This document shows positions 40,674-50,698 of a stretch of DNA of 64,000 nt, one piece after another. Positions within the stretch are counted from its first letter, which is position 1, and every line of letters begins with the position of its first letter. The DNA lies in the IMG/VR virus record IMGVR_UViG_3300009408_000001, positions 64,001 through 128,000 of that record. The stretch is one strand, 5' to 3'. Source of the DNA: a virus. The position numbers were made by a program, and so were the translations under genes. The notes under the pieces are model-generated. The model saw nothing but the letters and a program-made list of their open reading frames with translations. It did no database searches and was not told the DNA's origin.

Positions 40674-42281
40674 TCTATTGTAAAAAATGTACCTGCATGC
40701 CCGTATTCCCTACATATCGAAAGAACCGTTAGCAACGGTATTAAATGTGTACGGGTCATTCGCCGTGGAGAGGAGGATAGTGCTGACCTCCTGTACACTT
40801 TACACTCAACGCGTCGCGTTCCGCTGATTGATGATTCGCACCCAGAGTTAACCATTGCTATATTAGGGAATTCGATGTATGTGCTCGGGAAGACCTCTGG
40901 GGTGGTGACCAAAACAACCATTCCAGAAGGATACGTTGCAGCACAACAAACGACCGTGACTGGGTGGATTCCTGAACACATACACGGGCTATCAAACAAA
41001 TTCGCGTTCAAGTTAGAAGGAGGGCAGCGCGTGGTACGCACCATGGAGGCCTGTTTCCCAGGTACAGGTGTTAAGGAAGGGGAGTCAATTCTTGCTCCCT
41101 TCGAGGAGAGACCGGCCGTTCTTCCGACTCCTGACATAGGTCAAGTACGCCGAGTACCGGACGTTGCAGGTAACGTGCTGAAACTCAAAGACTGTGGAGA
41201 CACGGTGGGTGTTCCGTGTCAGGTAGGTGCCCATGACATGCCGACCCTAGTGGGTCGTTATCGTATACTTGAAGACGGTACCCCTGCTCTGATCAACATT
41301 GACGATGTACACCTCATCGGAAAAGAGATCCAGATTCGAAGCATTACGAAGTGTCGTTCTCCAAACCCAATGAACAGCTGTAAAGTGTGCAGTGGAAACC
41401 CACTACTAGTGGTACACACCATGGAGGCCTGTTTCCAAGGTACAGGTGTTAAGGAAGGGGAGTCAATTCTTGCTCCCTTCGAGGAGAGAGCGGCCATTAT
41501 TCCAACCCCTGATATAGAAAAAGTACGCCGTGTAGTGGATGAACAAAAGGGGTGCGTAGGGCGACGTACCCAGGCTGAAGAGGATAATCCGACCATTGAT
41601 TCTATAATCAACGCCGCGAGAGCTCGAGTCGCCGCTGGTGCCAAAAACCAACCACTGGAGAATAAAATGATTACACCCGATTACACAAATGAGGATGGCA
41701 AAGGCTGGACATTCATTCTAGATGGGGATGAACTCTATGTATCCCATGGGGATGACTTCAATCCCAGTGATACTGCTAGCTGTTACATGGTACAGCGGCT
41801 CACTAGTGTACATGCTAGTCCCAATTACCCGGGTGGTAACCGTTGCCAGTTAGGTAGGCACACGGTGTTCGTCAGCACCGAAGGTACACTCCGTCACATT
41901 GATGCAGAGACCGGGGTAGTATCCACTACCCTCTTACCCGGGATCTGTCTGGAAGACCTAGAACAAGAAAGAATTGAACTCCAACTCTCTCTGCCAGAAG
42001 GTGGCACACACCTAGTACCGGACGTTACCGATATCGTTCTGGGACTTATTGAATGTGGAGATACCCTAGGTGTCATCTGTATGAATTGCATACGCTTCAA
42101 CGAGGCCGTCGTATCATTCAGTTCAATCCGTCAGGGTAGTGCTGTCACATATGTGGAAACACACCCCGTGGATGAACAGTGCGAAAACCTCGGGGTTACT
42201 GTTACTTGTACGGATGGGAATCACATGACGTTCATGGTAGGGACCCATGCACATACCCTGCCACTGCATGATCTCAGTTAA
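40671..42281 (+). CDS. Mosaic accessory protein containing an RNAP beta'-like zinc-binding segment
   Basis: ATG at 40671 after the cassette RBS; internal 378-bp-period repeat; DCG...RSITKC-x8-CKVCSG. Confidence 0.75.
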   Translation: MSIVKNVPACPYSLHIERTVSNGIKCVRVIRRGEEDSADLLYTLHSTRRVPLIDDSHPELTIAILGNSMYVLGKTSGVVTKTTIPEGYVAAQQTTVTGWIPEHIHGLSNKFAFKLEGGQRVVRTMEACFPGTGVKEGESILAPFEERPAVLPTPDIGQVRRVPDVAGNVLKLKDCGDTVGVPCQVGAHDMPTLVGRYRILEDGTPALINIDDVHLIGKEIQIRSITKCRSPNPMNSCKVCSGNPLLVVHTMEACFQGTGVKEGESILAPFEERAAIIPTPDIEKVRRVVDEQKGCVGRRTQAEEDNPTIDSIINAARARVAAGAKNQPLENKMITPDYTNEDGKGWTFILDGDELYVSHGDDFNPSDTASCYMVQRLTSVHASPNYPGGNRCQLGRHTVFVSTEGTLRHIDAETGVVSTTLLPGICLEDLEQERIELQLSLPEGGTHLVPDVTDIVLGLIECGDTLGVICMNCIRFNEAVVSFSSIRQGSAVTYVETHPVDEQCENLGVTVTCTDGNHMTFMVGTHAHTLPLHDLS

Positions 42282-42295
42282 CCAAAATAAGGCAT

Positions 42296-42329
42296 AAAAG
42301 AAAGGGCCAAACGGCCCTTTCTTTTTTTT
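42296..42329. terminator. Bidirectional terminator between convergent genes
   Basis: AAAAGAAAGGGCC-AAAC-GGCCCTTTCTTTT. Confidence 0.9.
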
Positions 42330-42349
42330 GCTGTTACCTAACCAAAAGG

Positions 42350-43318
42350 CTAGTTGGTACCGATACCAGGAGAAGGCCAAGTGCCCTGTGAAGGAGCGCC
42401 CTGTCCAATGCGGAACTCGGGAGTATCCACAGCGACTTTGTTCAGCTTGTCGACGTAACCTTCGCCACCAACTCCACCGTATTCGGATGGTGCGACGTAC
42501 ATGCTCTCAACAGCGTCAAACGCTGCTGGTAAGGATGCTGGACGAGAACCCAGTTTAGCAAGCGAATCAAGATGGAATTGTGCCAGTTGAGTAACACGAT
42601 CTCCACGCTGTGCTTCGTTTGTAAACTCATAGGTGTGCTCAACCGTTTCGTTGGCCTCACCCATGACGCGTTTCATCTCACCAGAACCAGTGCTCTTAGG
42701 CATCATGTTGGTACAGATGACTGCACTGGTAATGCGTGACATGTCAATGGATGGCTCGTAGAACAAGCAAGACATTGAACGAGTATCAGGCAAGAACTCC
42801 GGCTTATTAGAATTACGGTAAGACGCTTTGTTGATCAGAGTAGGATGGAACGTATCTGGGTCAATGATCAGTTCACGGATCCACTGGTCAAAGTAGTTCC
42901 AGAAGGCACGACCTTCCAACTCAGGAACAACGAACGCAGGAGCACAACGAACACGTGCTGTCTGGGTAGGTGTCTCATGAACTTCCCCGGCATTACCGAC
43001 TTTATGTTCACCATAGGTGACATCGATCTGTTCCATCAGACCCGTTACTGAAGTAGGCAACACTTCTACGAAGGCTTTCAGCATTTTAACACGCTGAGCA
43101 CCATCACGCATGTAAGTACCCATGAAGGTTGGGGCTTCAAGTAAGACACAATGCATCTTCTGGCGACTGTAGGTAGCAGAAGACATGAAATGTCGTGGAT
43201 CACGCATGTGACCCTGTTGACCACCATGTTCAAAGGACACTGCACGAGTATACCCCTGGGAGATCGTTGCGGCATTTGTTACTAGGGGAGTCGTATATCC
43301 CCGCTCATTATTAGCCAT
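42350..43318 (-). CDS. Tail tube protein (phiKZ gp30-like)
   Basis: Follows the sheath gene; GGQQGHMRDP, CVLLEAP and NMMPKSTG motifs. Confidence 0.85.
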   Translation of the reverse strand: MANNERGYTTPLVTNAATISQGYTRAVSFEHGGQQGHMRDPRHFMSSATYSRQKMHCVLLEAPTFMGTYMRDGAQRVKMLKAFVEVLPTSVTGLMEQIDVTYGEHKVGNAGEVHETPTQTARVRCAPAFVVPELEGRAFWNYFDQWIRELIIDPDTFHPTLINKASYRNSNKPEFLPDTRSMSCLFYEPSIDMSRITSAVICTNMMPKSTGSGEMKRVMGEANETVEHTYEFTNEAQRGDRVTQLAQFHLDSLAKLGSRPASLPAAFDAVESMYVAPSEYGGVGGEGYVDKLNKVAVDTPEFRIGQGAPSQGTWPSPGIGTN

Positions 43319-43329
43319 TGGTTAACTCC

Positions 43330-45360
43330 TTATAAGTCGCTGTAGCGCTTGGCGATTACGTTAACGGTGGAGACAGTTTTCATGCCTTTCGCGTAAACCC
43401 GGTTGTTCTGAGTCCAGCTGTATCCACGCGCTTCATCAGCTTTGGTGTATTCAGCTTTAGGTTTGACCTGGACACGCCCGTCGTAGATGCCTTCGACCAA
43501 CTCAGACATCAGGGTATCAGAAGCAGCCAAGAACGCACCGTCTTCCATGGTACCATTACCGGTCAAGCGACGATGGACAGTGTAAGACTTCTTCAGAACG
43601 TCAACCATGATCAACATGGTGATGTCAGAGTTAAGAACACTGGTGTCGTTGTCATACACGGTCTGCTGTGCAGGCCAGAACAACTGACTCATGTCAGCGT
43701 AACGAGGAGCATTCATGCCCAATTCCCAATCTGCACTTATGACAGACTTAGGTTTCCAACCGTTGCTCACGTCTTTCATTGTATCAAGAACGTTAGCAGG
43801 GAAGACATCGTACGCGTAGACGTTGTTCATGACGCCGTTTGAGGCACCCATGTACTTAGAACGCTTGTTGATGATGTCCATGATGGTAGGAACACGTTTG
43901 CCATACTTACTGGTTTTAAACGTACCAACGCCACCGTAAACTACAGCGCGACAAGTGGGTGTACCATAGAAGGTAGACTCAGGAGTCAGACGTGCGGTAG
44001 AACGAAGAACCGCCATGATGGAACTATCTTCACCACTGGTGTTGTCTTTTTCGCCAACAGTCTGAGTACATGCGCCAATGGAGATATCATCTCGCATTGC
44101 CATGGTGCCCAGGATAGCCTGTTTGGTAGCCATTTCAAAACCGGTGTCATACACGACGGAAATGGGGAATTGTGCGTCATCAACCAAAGGAGCGTTCACA
44201 TTGTCCCACTGGTGCAGACATTCGTCTTTGACCAACAAGTTCAAAGTAGCTTCGTTAACAGTACCGTCTTTACCGCCCTGTACATAGTGGGTGGTAGAAG
44301 CATTCATTGAAATGCTGGTGGCATCCATGCGTGCTGCATAGTGGTCATTACCGTCAATGTCGAGAACATTCATGATGTTAACGAGGTCCGCTTCCACAAT
44401 GGCAGCGTTATGGGTAACTTCCTGGGTCTGAATCAGTGCCAGCACTGCATCGACATTGTCTTGGTAGACATACAGCTCATCCATTGGACCATCGATAGGT
44501 GGGGTACCATCGGGTTCACTATGGGTGTACTCGGTTAAGACTTTTTCGAAATTGTACTCGACGTCGGTTTTGGAGTTAACCACACCGGCTTTCAAGCAGA
44601 AGTCAACATTGGCTTCTTTGGCAATGCTGAACAACGTACGAGGGGTGGAAGTAGCGGTATCGCGTTCCATCCATTCCATACGGTAGACAACGGCACCATT
44701 CTCTTCCATGACAGCTAAGTCAGTAGGAGCAGCAGTGGTTGGACCAGGGAAGCTGAAGCGCATGCCAGTGTTGTTGATGTAATCACCAATTCCGCCTTTC
44801 ATTGCGAACATTGGATACACAGTACTTGTTTGACCACCGGCACCAGTAAGGGTACCCGTCACGTTCAACTCACCGCGAAGATTGGTGATATCAGACAAGG
44901 GTGCAACAGACCATTTTAGACGATAGCCCAAGTTGGTTGCCGTTGGACTCAGGGTTTTAACACCACTGGCATCACGAACAACAGAACCATCGGCATTACG
45001 TACATACGCAGCCAGCGTATCTTCCACGACTTCCAAGAAGAACACCAGTGAACCAGCAGAAGAATCAGCAGGTACAACGCGTTTCAGGAAGATCTTGTTA
45101 CCATTGCCGTTACAGATTTTTGCACCCAACGTTTGATGAGAGAAGTACTTGCTTCTGTCTCCAAAGGTACTGGCACCGTAACTGCGAAGCATTGGTCCGC
45201 CAGAAGTAAGTTGGGGAACCAGTTTACCACGTTCTGACATGATATAAAAAATAGGGCAATGCTGTGGCACTGCTTGCTTTTCAGGCACTAAGGCGCGACC
45301 AGACTCATCTTTGAATCCGTTGTTCAGCGCGTTAGGTGCCGCATTTAGAATTGCAGCCAT
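43330..45360 (-). CDS. Tail sheath protein (phiKZ gp29-like)
   Basis: 676 aa; PQHCPIFY, YFSHQT, VVYDTGF and PESTFYGTPTCRA motifs. Confidence 0.9.
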   Translation of the reverse strand: MAAILNAAPNALNNGFKDESGRALVPEKQAVPQHCPIFYIMSERGKLVPQLTSGGPMLRSYGASTFGDRSKYFSHQTLGAKICNGNGNKIFLKRVVPADSSAGSLVFFLEVVEDTLAAYVRNADGSVVRDASGVKTLSPTATNLGYRLKWSVAPLSDITNLRGELNVTGTLTGAGGQTSTVYPMFAMKGGIGDYINNTGMRFSFPGPTTAAPTDLAVMEENGAVVYRMEWMERDTATSTPRTLFSIAKEANVDFCLKAGVVNSKTDVEYNFEKVLTEYTHSEPDGTPPIDGPMDELYVYQDNVDAVLALIQTQEVTHNAAIVEADLVNIMNVLDIDGNDHYAARMDATSISMNASTTHYVQGGKDGTVNEATLNLLVKDECLHQWDNVNAPLVDDAQFPISVVYDTGFEMATKQAILGTMAMRDDISIGACTQTVGEKDNTSGEDSSIMAVLRSTARLTPESTFYGTPTCRAVVYGGVGTFKTSKYGKRVPTIMDIINKRSKYMGASNGVMNNVYAYDVFPANVLDTMKDVSNGWKPKSVISADWELGMNAPRYADMSQLFWPAQQTVYDNDTSVLNSDITMLIMVDVLKKSYTVHRRLTGNGTMEDGAFLAASDTLMSELVEGIYDGRVQVKPKAEYTKADEARGYSWTQNNRVYAKGMKTVSTVNVIAKRYSDL

Positions 45361-45531
45361 TGTTAATGTCCTTGTTGCTGTCGACAGGACGCGAGTGCCT
45401 AAGTTACTAGGTCCTAGTTAGTCACCGCGCTATGTTAGGCTTGTGATCTTATGCCTCCTCGAGGCGTATCCAACCACCGCATAATATAGCGGTAACTTAT
45501 TTTTTAGATGATCCGCTAATTGGAGAATAAC

Positions 45532-46473
45532 ATGAACGCATACGACACATTACCTGGTGAACCCTATACCGATGAAATCAAAGAGATCAAGGAAGTCATT
45601 GAAACCCAGGTTGCAATGGGTTCGGAAGGAAGATACCGTGAAACTACCGGCGGGTTGAACTACGCTGAAGTGGACAATGAAAAACTAGGTGGTTGGGTAC
45701 ACCCCTTTACCATGGGGGACAAGGTATACGGTGACCCTCGTCCATTCTTAAACTCTCGAGGCGGGGTTCGTTTAAGTACAGACCACGCCTTCTTAACTGT
45801 ACGGATGGCCATGGAACAAGAATGGTCACAGTCTGCTTCTACCTTTGAATCATTTATCACACCCTGTGCTGCGGTGTTCGGACAGTGGGTATCTGGCTCT
45901 GTCTTACAACGGTATGGCCTTACCGCTATTGACGAGGTCACTGTAAAGGTGTTGGCAAGTACATGGTACATTGCAGTTATCCTGGCGGGCATTGAAGTAC
46001 AGAACACTGAAGACAGGTTGAAAAATGACTTGGGTAACTACATCAGTGTGGATGATCTCATTACAATGTCACTTCGTTCACTTGGTTCGCGTGGCGTTGG
46101 AATCCCAGCAGAGTTTACAAATGAGTTACTAGAGAGTAACGACGGTATATTCTGCAAGGCCCTCGTTACGGGATTTCCCAGTATGCAACTCTTGACGGAT
46201 GCCATTACTGACTCTATCTCTACTAAACTGGGTGAGTTTAGTCCACTGGCACTTCGAAGAATTATGGCAGGTGGCAGCTGGTTGGGGTACATGGCGGATA
46301 CTTTCTCGTTGGTGGCAATGGAATACCCACCGATGTTGGTATCTATGTTGTACTTCATTGAGAAGAACCCCAGTTTCCGAAACAAGACCCGCATCGGTCG
46401 GTCCTCTAACATTGTAGGACGCAAGGGTGGTGTGGAAGCATTAGCTAAATCCGTTGGTAGAATCCTCCCATGA
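45532..46473 (+). CDS. Virion structural protein (phiKZ gp28-like position)
   Basis: GGAG RBS; divergent from the sheath; AMEYPPMLVSMLY motif. Confidence 0.75.
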   Translation: MNAYDTLPGEPYTDEIKEIKEVIETQVAMGSEGRYRETTGGLNYAEVDNEKLGGWVHPFTMGDKVYGDPRPFLNSRGGVRLSTDHAFLTVRMAMEQEWSQSASTFESFITPCAAVFGQWVSGSVLQRYGLTAIDEVTVKVLASTWYIAVILAGIEVQNTEDRLKNDLGNYISVDDLITMSLRSLGSRGVGIPAEFTNELLESNDGIFCKALVTGFPSMQLLTDAITDSISTKLGEFSPLALRRIMAGGSWLGYMADTFSLVAMEYPPMLVSMLYFIEKNPSFRNKTRIGRSSNIVGRKGGVEALAKSVGRILP

Positions 46474-48980
46474 TAGACTTACCCAGTTTAATTTATGACA
46501 CAGCTAAGTCGGAGCTGTGGACTAACCCACATAACGACCGACAACTAACCTACAAGCCAACCAGACTCTGTACGATACATGGGTCGGTTGGTTCTGTAAC
46601 CACTCACATGGCAACCCAACGACTTCCAGATGTAACCACCCGTTGGGTGTTATATGACTTTGGTAACCTGCCACTGGAAGGAACAGGAATACAGAGCCTT
46701 AATACCACGTGGTCTACTGGTGAATCAATAATGGTAGACAACGCCATGTTACTCAGTGTGTACTGCAATGGGGTTACGTTTGCGCCTGGTCAGTACCAGA
46801 TGCGACGTACCAGCAGAAAACACGTGTTACTGGCACTGGAGGCCGTACCCAACAGTAGCGCACTGTCGACTCTGGAACCGTTGTTCTTCCGAACGTATTC
46901 CAACGTATGGCACTCTACCTCGGCTAACCCGTATCCTGTACCCGTGTTACCCAGAAGTGTAACCTGCATGGCACCAGCAGATACGACTACGGTTTTATTA
47001 CACCAGGATGAACCGGTGGTGGGTAACCGCATGTTGTTCCACAATGGATATTACGTTTCTGATATTACCAGTAACGACATATCGAACGGGGATACCGTGT
47101 ACCAACTGGATGACTTACCGGGTAACGGATACGTCGACATTCCGGTGAATGACCTGAGTCATTATGTTTCGGACAACGATCGACGTGGCAAGTATGTCGT
47201 GATGCACCCTACCAATGGCACACCCCTGGCAATGGAACCAATGGATGAACTGGAGTTATTCGTTTGTTGTACCACGAAAAGTATAAATGGTGAGAGAGAC
47301 GTTGTTAAAGGTGTCTACTTCGGGAGAACTAAAGTAGGTGACATGCGTATGTTAACCCACCGAGATTACTCCATCGATGTTAGAAAAGTAACAGGATTAA
47401 CAGTGTCCCACCGCACTATCTTTGGAAACCGGGATGTTTTCTTTCGGGTATTTACTCGCAAACACGAAAACGGTAACCTGACAATTCTAGATGGGTCTTA
47501 CCTACTCGACCTCTTTAGACTAGAGGACAAAGATCGGGTTCGGATGATGACTGGAACCGGTGGGTTTAAAGGGTGGAGATGTACTGAACTGGAAAAGGCC
47601 AACTCCATACTGTGGCAGAGTCACGCATGGTGGGAATTAACCCAACCAGATAGTTTGAAGAATACTCTGGCATTGCCAGCGGTAGCCGAGCTTGTAGCTA
47701 CGGGTACCGTGAACGGTAACACACATACCCTTCCCTTCTCCATGCGACTTGGTGGTAAAGCAATTGGTTATGACGTAAACGGTGTTCTCATATCCATAGA
47801 AACCATTCCCGTTGATTCGGATGGTACTGTGATGGCGCTTCCAGTGGGAGTGGTCAATGTGGAGTACATCCCTGGAGAATTCATCACCGATGGTAGGATG
47901 ATTGATGAGCCCATGTACGGTGGTGAGAAAGCCAACTGGTTTAATGAGGTGTACTACTACAATGAAACGGAAGGGGGACAATGGCTACAGGGTCTAATAG
48001 ATAGGGACTACCACATTGATGCTGGTACCGGTGAGGTGTTGTGGGATGAGAGGCTTGCAACCGCAGGGTGGACAAGGCGCACGTGTAAGTACAGTTCTCA
48101 TCGTCGCATACGCACTGCTCCAAACACACTACATTACAAGTACTCCATGTGGGAAACCAACGAACCCGTCATTGCGGTAGGATTGTTTAAGACCGAGGTC
48201 TACATCAATGGCCACCAGCTAGTGGAAGGGATTGAATACACTGTAATTGGGCATTCTTTCCGGGTGAACAGTGCAGAGTACTACAATGGAGACGATCCTG
48301 AAGTTGTCATTGATGTATTCCATTATGGGGTAAGTGACCGTGGGGAAGAGAGAAAGATATCTGGGTTCATCCAACATCGGAAGGCGGTACCCATTACTGG
48401 GGAAGGACTGTTCATTAAAGGACGGAACCGGGTTTGCTTTAACTCTGGTTGTCTGGTAAGTGCGGATAAACTTGGCATACTCGAATCTCCAGGAACGGAG
48501 ACAGACCCAGCATACAGAGAAGGCTCATTGTGGGCAGCGGAAACAAGACCTATGTTACACAGTCGTTGGGGATTGCGTGCGTTTGGGGAGGAAGACGGGT
48601 ACTCTGAAATAATCAGTCGATCTGTGTTCAGACATATTCCAAAGCCGGATTTATCTGGACTGCTTACCATTCCCAAGCAACACCTCTTGTTCTCTCCGTT
48701 CATCAAGCGGGTAGTATGGTTGCTTATAAATAAGACACTGGATGTTTCCGTATTGGGAACCAGTCGATCATCAGTACAGTCCGCAATGGTACCCTATCTA
48801 GACCTACTAGCAGAAGACCCTACCTCACGATTAAGTTCGGATGGTCAACTTGGGATATCCCCCCTGCCGGAGTCTACCGTAACAACCATCTCAGGCAGTG
48901 AGATGGCCTTTCTTAGAGAAGTCGTTGCACTGTACTACAACGGTAACGTAACATTAAACCTCCACCTTCGGGTGGTGTAA
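46470..48980 (+). CDS. Virion/baseplate protein (phiKZ gp27-like position)
   Basis: 836 aa; RMLTHRDYSI, VYINGHQLVEGIEY and HLLFSPFI motifs. Confidence 0.75.
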   Translation: MIDLPSLIYDTAKSELWTNPHNDRQLTYKPTRLCTIHGSVGSVTTHMATQRLPDVTTRWVLYDFGNLPLEGTGIQSLNTTWSTGESIMVDNAMLLSVYCNGVTFAPGQYQMRRTSRKHVLLALEAVPNSSALSTLEPLFFRTYSNVWHSTSANPYPVPVLPRSVTCMAPADTTTVLLHQDEPVVGNRMLFHNGYYVSDITSNDISNGDTVYQLDDLPGNGYVDIPVNDLSHYVSDNDRRGKYVVMHPTNGTPLAMEPMDELELFVCCTTKSINGERDVVKGVYFGRTKVGDMRMLTHRDYSIDVRKVTGLTVSHRTIFGNRDVFFRVFTRKHENGNLTILDGSYLLDLFRLEDKDRVRMMTGTGGFKGWRCTELEKANSILWQSHAWWELTQPDSLKNTLALPAVAELVATGTVNGNTHTLPFSMRLGGKAIGYDVNGVLISIETIPVDSDGTVMALPVGVVNVEYIPGEFITDGRMIDEPMYGGEKANWFNEVYYYNETEGGQWLQGLIDRDYHIDAGTGEVLWDERLATAGWTRRTCKYSSHRRIRTAPNTLHYKYSMWETNEPVIAVGLFKTEVYINGHQLVEGIEYTVIGHSFRVNSAEYYNGDDPEVVIDVFHYGVSDRGEERKISGFIQHRKAVPITGEGLFIKGRNRVCFNSGCLVSADKLGILESPGTETDPAYREGSLWAAETRPMLHSRWGLRAFGEEDGYSEIISRSVFRHIPKPDLSGLLTIPKQHLLFSPFIKRVVWLLINKTLDVSVLGTSRSSVQSAMVPYLDLLAEDPTSRLSSDGQLGISPLPESTVTTISGSEMAFLREVVALYYNGNVTLNLHLRVV

Positions 48981-48990
48981 GGAGTAAATT

Positions 48991-50658
48991 ATGGGTGGAG
49001 TAGTAGTACGAGACGTCCGACTTAGGGGACGCGTTTTACATCTGGATGAAATCTGGATGGGTATAGAGGGCACGATTAACGATGGTCTGATCGTTGCTAA
49101 CATTGATGATGTGATCATGGGACCCGGTGGCATTTGGAGGGTCGCGTTGGTTGACGAGGTAACGTCCATTCCGGTGTTGGTGTCCATGATAGATGAATTG
49201 AGTGGCAAGAGCAGTACGCTCAGTTCGGATGTATTGGACGATGGGTTACGCCACTACCCTGCAGCCATCACCAGTCGTTTGTTTTTATCCACGGCGACCG
49301 AACCCTACACGATAACGTTGGATGCTACATTTCAGGTACGTGGGGCAGACGCGTCTCACCTCCGTCTCTTTTATGGCACGGATACCAGTTCAAAGGGAAA
49401 GGCAATAAGTCACAGTTTGGATACAAACGGCAAGATCCTGAGTGACCTTGTTGACTTACAGCCACTCGATCCGAATAACCTAGCCATCAAACGCCCTGGT
49501 GCAATGTACACGACCTTTAACATGCAAGACGGTGATACCTGTACCGCCGTATCTTACTCTGCGGATGGGAGAATCCATGATGAGCGGAGACTCGTGGTTA
49601 TCAACGCAGGTAGCATTGCTCCATTTGACACCAATGGGGTTTACCTAGAAGACATTAGTATTGAAAGTCCACTATTGTCTGCGACAGACCCACTGGTCAT
49701 CGAGAACCCGGTTAACCATACCTTTGACACGGCACTGATTACCGCGAAGTTACATTACAGTAACGGGGATGTGATACATCACCCTATAGACGGTAACAAA
49801 GCCATTCTGTTTGGCCTTTCTAACTTTGACAGTGGACGCGTAGGTAAGCCTGTGGAGTTAATGATAAGTTACTACCCGGGGCCAAGTGAACCAGCCATTA
49901 ACTTGAAAGGTGTGCTTCGTCCTAACTTATCGAAGACGTATACCCTGTCAAACGTAGCTACTGAAGGGGATTACTCCCTTAAGGTATACGCCATTCCATA
50001 TCGGGTTGCAGACAAGTGGGCAGTACGATGGATCCTAACAGATGCAGCCTATGGGGTAGCATTAGACGTCAGTGCTCATACCACGGTACTCAACGACACA
50101 AACCGGGCATTTAACTTCGATAACGATGGAGTATTGCAACGGATGTTAGTGACAGTTAACGTGGGTGAGGCAAACAGCATCAAATACCCAGGACACATTC
50201 ACACCCAGAAATTGGATATTTCGTTCCCCAGTTTCAGCACCATCGATCACAGTAGCTGGGTCATGGATTACGGAATTGACGGGAACACCGTGTTTGGTAA
50301 GGACCTGTACGCTACGGTAAATCAAACGGGTGAAAAGGGATACAAGGTCGATTGTAACCTACCTGATATGAACACCTGGTTGGACACCTTGTACCGTGGT
50401 GTTGATCCAGTGTACGATCCTGCATCCTATGGGACAGCACCGGTACCGACACACGTGCGTGTGGAACACGGGGGTCCAGATGGAAGAAAGGTCATCGGGG
50501 AGTTCCCTGTAGATGAGTGGGACCTTGTGCATTACATGGGGTCCTCTGGTACATGGGAAGACACAATGTCGATGAGTCTGGTATGGCTTGTTAAGACAGT
50601 GGATACTACCCTGACCCTGGCCATGTCTCCTCTTCAAATAAAATACCTTCTGGTATAA
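48991..50658 (+). CDS. Virion/baseplate protein (phiKZ gp26-like position)
   Basis: 555 aa upstream of terminase; VLHLDEIW and ITAKLHYSNG motifs. Confidence 0.75.
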   Translation: MGGVVVRDVRLRGRVLHLDEIWMGIEGTINDGLIVANIDDVIMGPGGIWRVALVDEVTSIPVLVSMIDELSGKSSTLSSDVLDDGLRHYPAAITSRLFLSTATEPYTITLDATFQVRGADASHLRLFYGTDTSSKGKAISHSLDTNGKILSDLVDLQPLDPNNLAIKRPGAMYTTFNMQDGDTCTAVSYSADGRIHDERRLVVINAGSIAPFDTNGVYLEDISIESPLLSATDPLVIENPVNHTFDTALITAKLHYSNGDVIHHPIDGNKAILFGLSNFDSGRVGKPVELMISYYPGPSEPAINLKGVLRPNLSKTYTLSNVATEGDYSLKVYAIPYRVADKWAVRWILTDAAYGVALDVSAHTTVLNDTNRAFNFDNDGVLQRMLVTVNVGEANSIKYPGHIHTQKLDISFPSFSTIDHSSWVMDYGIDGNTVFGKDLYATVNQTGEKGYKVDCNLPDMNTWLDTLYRGVDPVYDPASYGTAPVPTHVRVEHGGPDGRKVIGEFPVDEWDLVHYMGSSGTWEDTMSMSLVWLVKTVDTTLTLAMSPLQIKYLLV

Positions 50659-50662
50659 CGGA

Positions 50663-50686
50663 CCTACCTGGGGAGACCCAGGTAGG
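50663..50686 (+). promoter_or_regulatory. 10-bp GAGA-tetraloop hairpin upstream of terminase
   Basis: CCTACCTGGG-GAGA-CCCAGGTAGG with no U tract. Confidence 0.5.
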
Positions 50687-50698
50687 GTGGGACCTTGT

